A DNA stretch of 64,000 nt from a virus. The stretch covers positions 1-64,000 of the IMG/VR virus record IMGVR_UViG_3300028423_000861; one strand, given 5' to 3'. The translations under genes were made by a program, and so were the position numbers. Positions 61,133 to 64,000 of this stretch are shown piece after piece. Position 1 is the first letter of the stretch, and every line of letters begins with the position of its first letter. The notes beneath the pieces were generated by a model. The model was not told the DNA's origin. It saw only the letters and a list, made by a program, of their open reading frames with translations, and ran no database searches.

Positions 61133-61681
61133 TCAAACAGATGTATTCTGCAATGCCTGCGTATACCTAGGTTCGGCTATTCCAGTCCCATATACCCACC
61201 AACCAACTGCATCGTGGTATCTACGTCCGTAGCTGCCTACTTCGATTCCATTAATTTCTATATCCCAACCGGCCTGGGTTTCAACAACAGTTGCTGAATC
61301 TCCCATGAATTTTTCGGCACGTTTGAGAACTTCCCATGCAGCAAATTTTGACTCTTCAGAGTTCACGCAACGTGTGAACAATTCGACTTTGAAAAATTGA
61401 TTTTGGTGTAGGTCGTCCACCCGTTCATTTCTAAAACACGGACCAGCACTTACAAAATTTACACCTTCTAGTTGGTTGTCTATGGATAATTGCAAGAAAG
61501 CTTGTTCAGCACTACCAACCAATCCGCCTTTTCCTGCTACACGATAGATATTTGATCTCTTTTCACAGGTAATTTCCAGTGCTTCAAGAGACACAAACCA
61601 CGGTGTTTCAATGTATTTGAAACCATGGTCCTGGTAGAATTCTACCGCATTACTGATTAATTTCCAATTAATATTTTTCAT
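61133..61681 (-). CDS. Minimal class II aminoacyl-tRNA synthetase-like catalytic domain
   Basis: Motif 1 GFKYIETP, motif 2 PCFRNE..HQNQFFKVE, IEVGSYG, motif 3 GTGIAEPR; no anticodon-binding domain. Confidence 0.8.
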   Translation of the reverse strand: MKNINWKLISNAVEFYQDHGFKYIETPWFVSLEALEITCEKRSNIYRVAGKGGLVGSAEQAFLQLSIDNQLEGVNFVSAGPCFRNERVDDLHQNQFFKVELFTRCVNSEESKFAAWEVLKRAEKFMGDSATVVETQAGWDIEINGIEVGSYGRRYHDAVGWWVYGTGIAEPRYTQALQNTSV

Positions 61682-61758
61682 TTATCTAATCATGTCTTTA
61701 TTATACTTATTATAAATTATCATATTTTAAATATGTGAGTAAGATCGGAATTTATAAC

Positions 61759-62070
61759 ATGTTCATAATAAAACAAAATGATACGGCACCTTCTATTAAA
61801 GCTATACTCAGTGGATTTAGCGATTTGACTGGCGTATCTGTAGTTTTTAATATGAAGCCAACTGATGATGACACTGTAAAAATATCTCGAGGCACTGGAA
61901 ATATCGTAGATGAAACAAAAAAACTTGTCGAGTATGAATGGCAAGCAGCAGATACAGACACATCTGGAACATTTTATGGAGAATTTGAAGTTACTTATTC
62001 CGACGGATCAATAGAAACCTACCCAAACAACACCTGTCTTCAAATCAAGATTATTGACGATATCGCTTAA
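61759..62070 (+). CDS. BppU-like baseplate upper domain protein
   Basis: IKQNDTAP...VEYEWQAADTDTSGTFYGEFEVTYSDG..ETYP. Confidence 0.75.
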   Translation: MFIIKQNDTAPSIKAILSGFSDLTGVSVVFNMKPTDDDTVKISRGTGNIVDETKKLVEYEWQAADTDTSGTFYGEFEVTYSDGSIETYPNNTCLQIKIIDDIA

Positions 62071-62885
62071 CTGCGTTGACCATTTTCAAATGCACGTCGA
62101 GTAACATTATACATTGCTCGAATATCTTTTATGTCAAGATCTGGGTGATGCTTTTCACGATAACGATCTAGAGCACCGTATACATCGCTCATTTCCAATT
62201 GAGACATAATACGCACCCCTTGACGATGAGCATCCGCTAACTCCAGTGCCTCTTCAACAATTTTGCTGGGTTCACCAACCTCTCCGCGATCAATGTTTGT
62301 CAAATGATAACCGGGCTTTCTTTGCTCAGGAAGCATTTCTCTAATCATTTCCCAACACTTATCTGCTGGAATTGGTTGACTGAACGGGCACACTTTTTCT
62401 TCGCCATCACGACGAACTACGCCAGCGAAATCTTTGTATGGTGTTTGACGAACAAGATATGTAATGCAATTGTCACGTGCTCTCACAGTGTGTAAAGTAT
62501 TAGCATAAATTTGATAGTATGATCCTGCAAGGTGTTCAGTATCAATCAACGGCCAGGTATGACCGCGTTCAGGGGGATGACCCTCTTTTTCATTTCCGGG
62601 CTTACAATCTTCCCAAAATTTTTGATACTCACCGTCAGGACCTGGTTGCCATCCCCAAATGGTCTGGTCAAATGTTCCTTGTAAGATATAGCTAATAAAA
62701 TCATAACGATGATCGTGTGGTTCTTCAGCTAAAACAGGAAGATCCTTGTGGTAAAAATGAACTCGCGCATTGGTTTTGGTTTTTAGCTGAATAAAGCCTA
62801 AACCAAAATATGCAGGCTCTGCTCCAAATGATTTTAAACAGTCAATATCAAGCAGATGTTCCGAATTCTTGTTGAAATCCATCAA
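62067..62885 (-). CDS. Cupin-like plus MazG-like fusion protein
   Basis: PHDHRYDF.S.IL.G...LHTV N-terminal; SKIVEEALEL.DA...EMSDVYGAL C-terminal. Confidence 0.55.
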   Translation of the reverse strand: MMDFNKNSEHLLDIDCLKSFGAEPAYFGLGFIQLKTKTNARVHFYHKDLPVLAEEPHDHRYDFISYILQGTFDQTIWGWQPGPDGEYQKFWEDCKPGNEKEGHPPERGHTWPLIDTEHLAGSYYQIYANTLHTVRARDNCITYLVRQTPYKDFAGVVRRDGEEKVCPFSQPIPADKCWEMIREMLPEQRKPGYHLTNIDRGEVGEPSKIVEEALELADAHRQGVRIMSQLEMSDVYGALDRYREKHHPDLDIKDIRAMYNVTRRAFENGQRS

Positions 62886-63588
62886 TAGTCCTTTCTAGAT
62901 TTCCAAAATTAAAGAAATGAACTCGTTCGCGTTCTGATCCATAATCCGTATCACGCCAGAAACGGTTAACGTCGATTCTTCCGTTGTGAATATAATTTAT
63001 ACCAGATTTGTTTATCCACAATCCTTTAAGAGAAGTTGTAACACCACACAATTTCATGTATTTCCACAATCCCTTGGCAGTTGTTTGTGTGGGTAAACAT
63101 GGAATAATAAAATTTCTCCACCAACGCATCCTTTCTGGATTGAGGCAAAGCTGATTCATACCGTAAGATATATCCCCAACTCTCAAATAGGTTATCGATT
63201 TAAGACGTTTTGTTTCGTCGAGATTGGGGTCTACACCAATATAAAATTTCCAGTTCAAAGCTAAATTTTCCTGGAGATCATAATATACATCTAGTTTGTC
63301 ACGATATATCCAATTATCACCAGCACCTCCGATAAGAAGAGCCTGTTGAGATTCATTGTTGAGGTCTTGAATGCCTTCTATCAATTCTGAAACAGAATGT
63401 AGATTACGAGCAGCAATATGCGGAAAAGCAATACGGCGTCCAGCAACATCATTGATGCGCTTGACGCCGTCTACAGTAGCAGCAAAGCTATCATTCGGGA
63501 GATGTGTTACACTAACAGCATCTACCTTATCGAGAACTTGTTGGGATACTCTACTACGGGGGGTTGCTTCAAAACTAATTTTTACCAT
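62848..63588 (-). CDS. Methylenetetrahydrofolate reductase-like (MetF fold)
   Basis: SFEATP, VSVTHLP, PHIAARNL, LLIGG, VHFFNFG. Confidence 0.7.
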   Translation of the reverse strand: MVKISFEATPRSRVSQQVLDKVDAVSVTHLPNDSFAATVDGVKRINDVAGRRIAFPHIAARNLHSVSELIEGIQDLNNESQQALLIGGAGDNWIYRDKLDVYYDLQENLALNWKFYIGVDPNLDETKRLKSITYLRVGDISYGMNQLCLNPERMRWWRNFIIPCLPTQTTAKGLWKYMKLCGVTTSLKGLWINKSGINYIHNGRIDVNRFWRDTDYGSERERVHFFNFGNLERTIDGFQQEFGTSA

Positions 63589-63595
63589 ACTCTAT

Positions 63596-63724
63596 TTATT
63601 TTTCATTAGGACGATTCTTTTCCTGTGACTCACGAAATTGGCGTTTACCTTCTGCAAGCATCCATGCAAAAAAAGGACACATAGCCAGAAAAACGCAAAG
63701 TGCAAGAAGGGCTCCGGGCTCCAT
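63596..63724 (-). CDS. Small membrane peptide (42 aa)
   Basis: AGGAGG RBS; MEPGALLALCVFLAMCPFFAWMLAEGKRQF... Confidence 0.55.
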   Translation of the reverse strand: MEPGALLALCVFLAMCPFFAWMLAEGKRQFRESQEKNRPNEK

Positions 63725-63746
63725 TTTTTCCTCCTGTATTGATTTA

Positions 63747-63805
63747 GGCGGGTGTGGGGATTCGAACCCCGTCTATAGCCGACCTTTCGTCACGGCTCAC
63801 CCGTC
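63747..63805 (-). ncRNA. tRNA-like element lacking D-arm and CCA
   Basis: CGGGUG/CACCCG acceptor-like stem, one internal hairpin, canonical GGGG-UUCGAAU-CCCC T-arm. Confidence 0.5.
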
Positions 63806-63808
63806 ATG

Positions 63809-64000
63809 TCATGCTCTTTCGTAATTGGTAGCCCCGCCACGCGAGCGGCGATCTTGACCACGTTCAAGATAATATGGGTCCTTGTTGAGTGCAATGCAAA
63901 CTTTTGCGGCTTTTTCTTTTCCGCGAATAGTTGTATAAAGCATACCACCAACGAGGATATCCCACAAATCAGTGGTATCGCGATTGGCCGATCGACAATT
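63809..64000 (-). CDS. Partial ORF (3' end), hypothetical
   Basis: Open frame ...DLWDILVGGMLYTTIRGKEKAAKVCIALNKDPYYLERGQDRR...* from window edge. Confidence 0.6.
   Translation of the reverse strand, partial: NCRSANRDTTDLWDILVGGMLYTTIRGKEKAAKVCIALNKDPYYLERGQDRRSRGGATNYERA

Noticed and set aside
63826-63882. Second tRNA-like 3' end (GGGGCUACCA) with hairpins
   Set aside because: Lies inside an open reading frame running from the window edge to 63809 and lacks a T-loop.
1-64000. Genome-wide TAG reassignment (code 15) suggested by the CUA tRNA
   Set aside because: Conserved and structural genes are full length under code 11, and the TAG-ending genes I checked give only short or no extensions.

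Overview
A 64-kb segment of a large T4-like (jumbo) dsDNA phage genome, densely coded and almost entirely on the minus strand. The host is probably a marine alphaproteobacterium, inferred from the FdxA-, IscA- and MetF-type genes and from promoter style. Replication and proteostasis genes: gp44 clamp loader, a stand-alone DnaE fragment, type II topoisomerase (gp39/60 and gp52), a small Toprim protein, GroES, ClpP. Translation and RNA-repair genes: IF1, Pth2, Rnl1, PNK/HAD halves, a class II aaRS-like core, a SPOUT-like protein. Auxiliary metabolic genes: PhoH, IscA, SufT, ferredoxin, QueD, SbtA, MetF-like, dCMP deaminase. The window also holds a full NAD+ salvage set (Nampt, NadM-Nudix, NadR, PnuC), an Acb1-like 2H phosphodiesterase, three tRNAs (Ala-UGC, Thr-UGU and an amber suppressor CUA), two homing-type nucleases and a late structural cluster (46-61 kb). 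Signals not explained by ordinary annotation: (1) a ~210-nt non-coding element closed by a terminal helix and carrying 11 UAG triplets in all three frames, inside the tRNA cluster that holds the amber suppressor; (2) five GGAG(A/U)-pentaloop hairpins marking the three NAD-salvage transcription units; (3) a ~420-nt structured RNA with a duplicated module in the sbtA leader; (4) about 18 otherwise unrelated small proteins sharing a C-terminal E-x-x-hydrophobic-x-M-x-K-L helix; (5) a family of ~50-nt promoter/RBS cassettes with an internal inverted repeat. All calls come from motif recognition by eye; no database searches were run.
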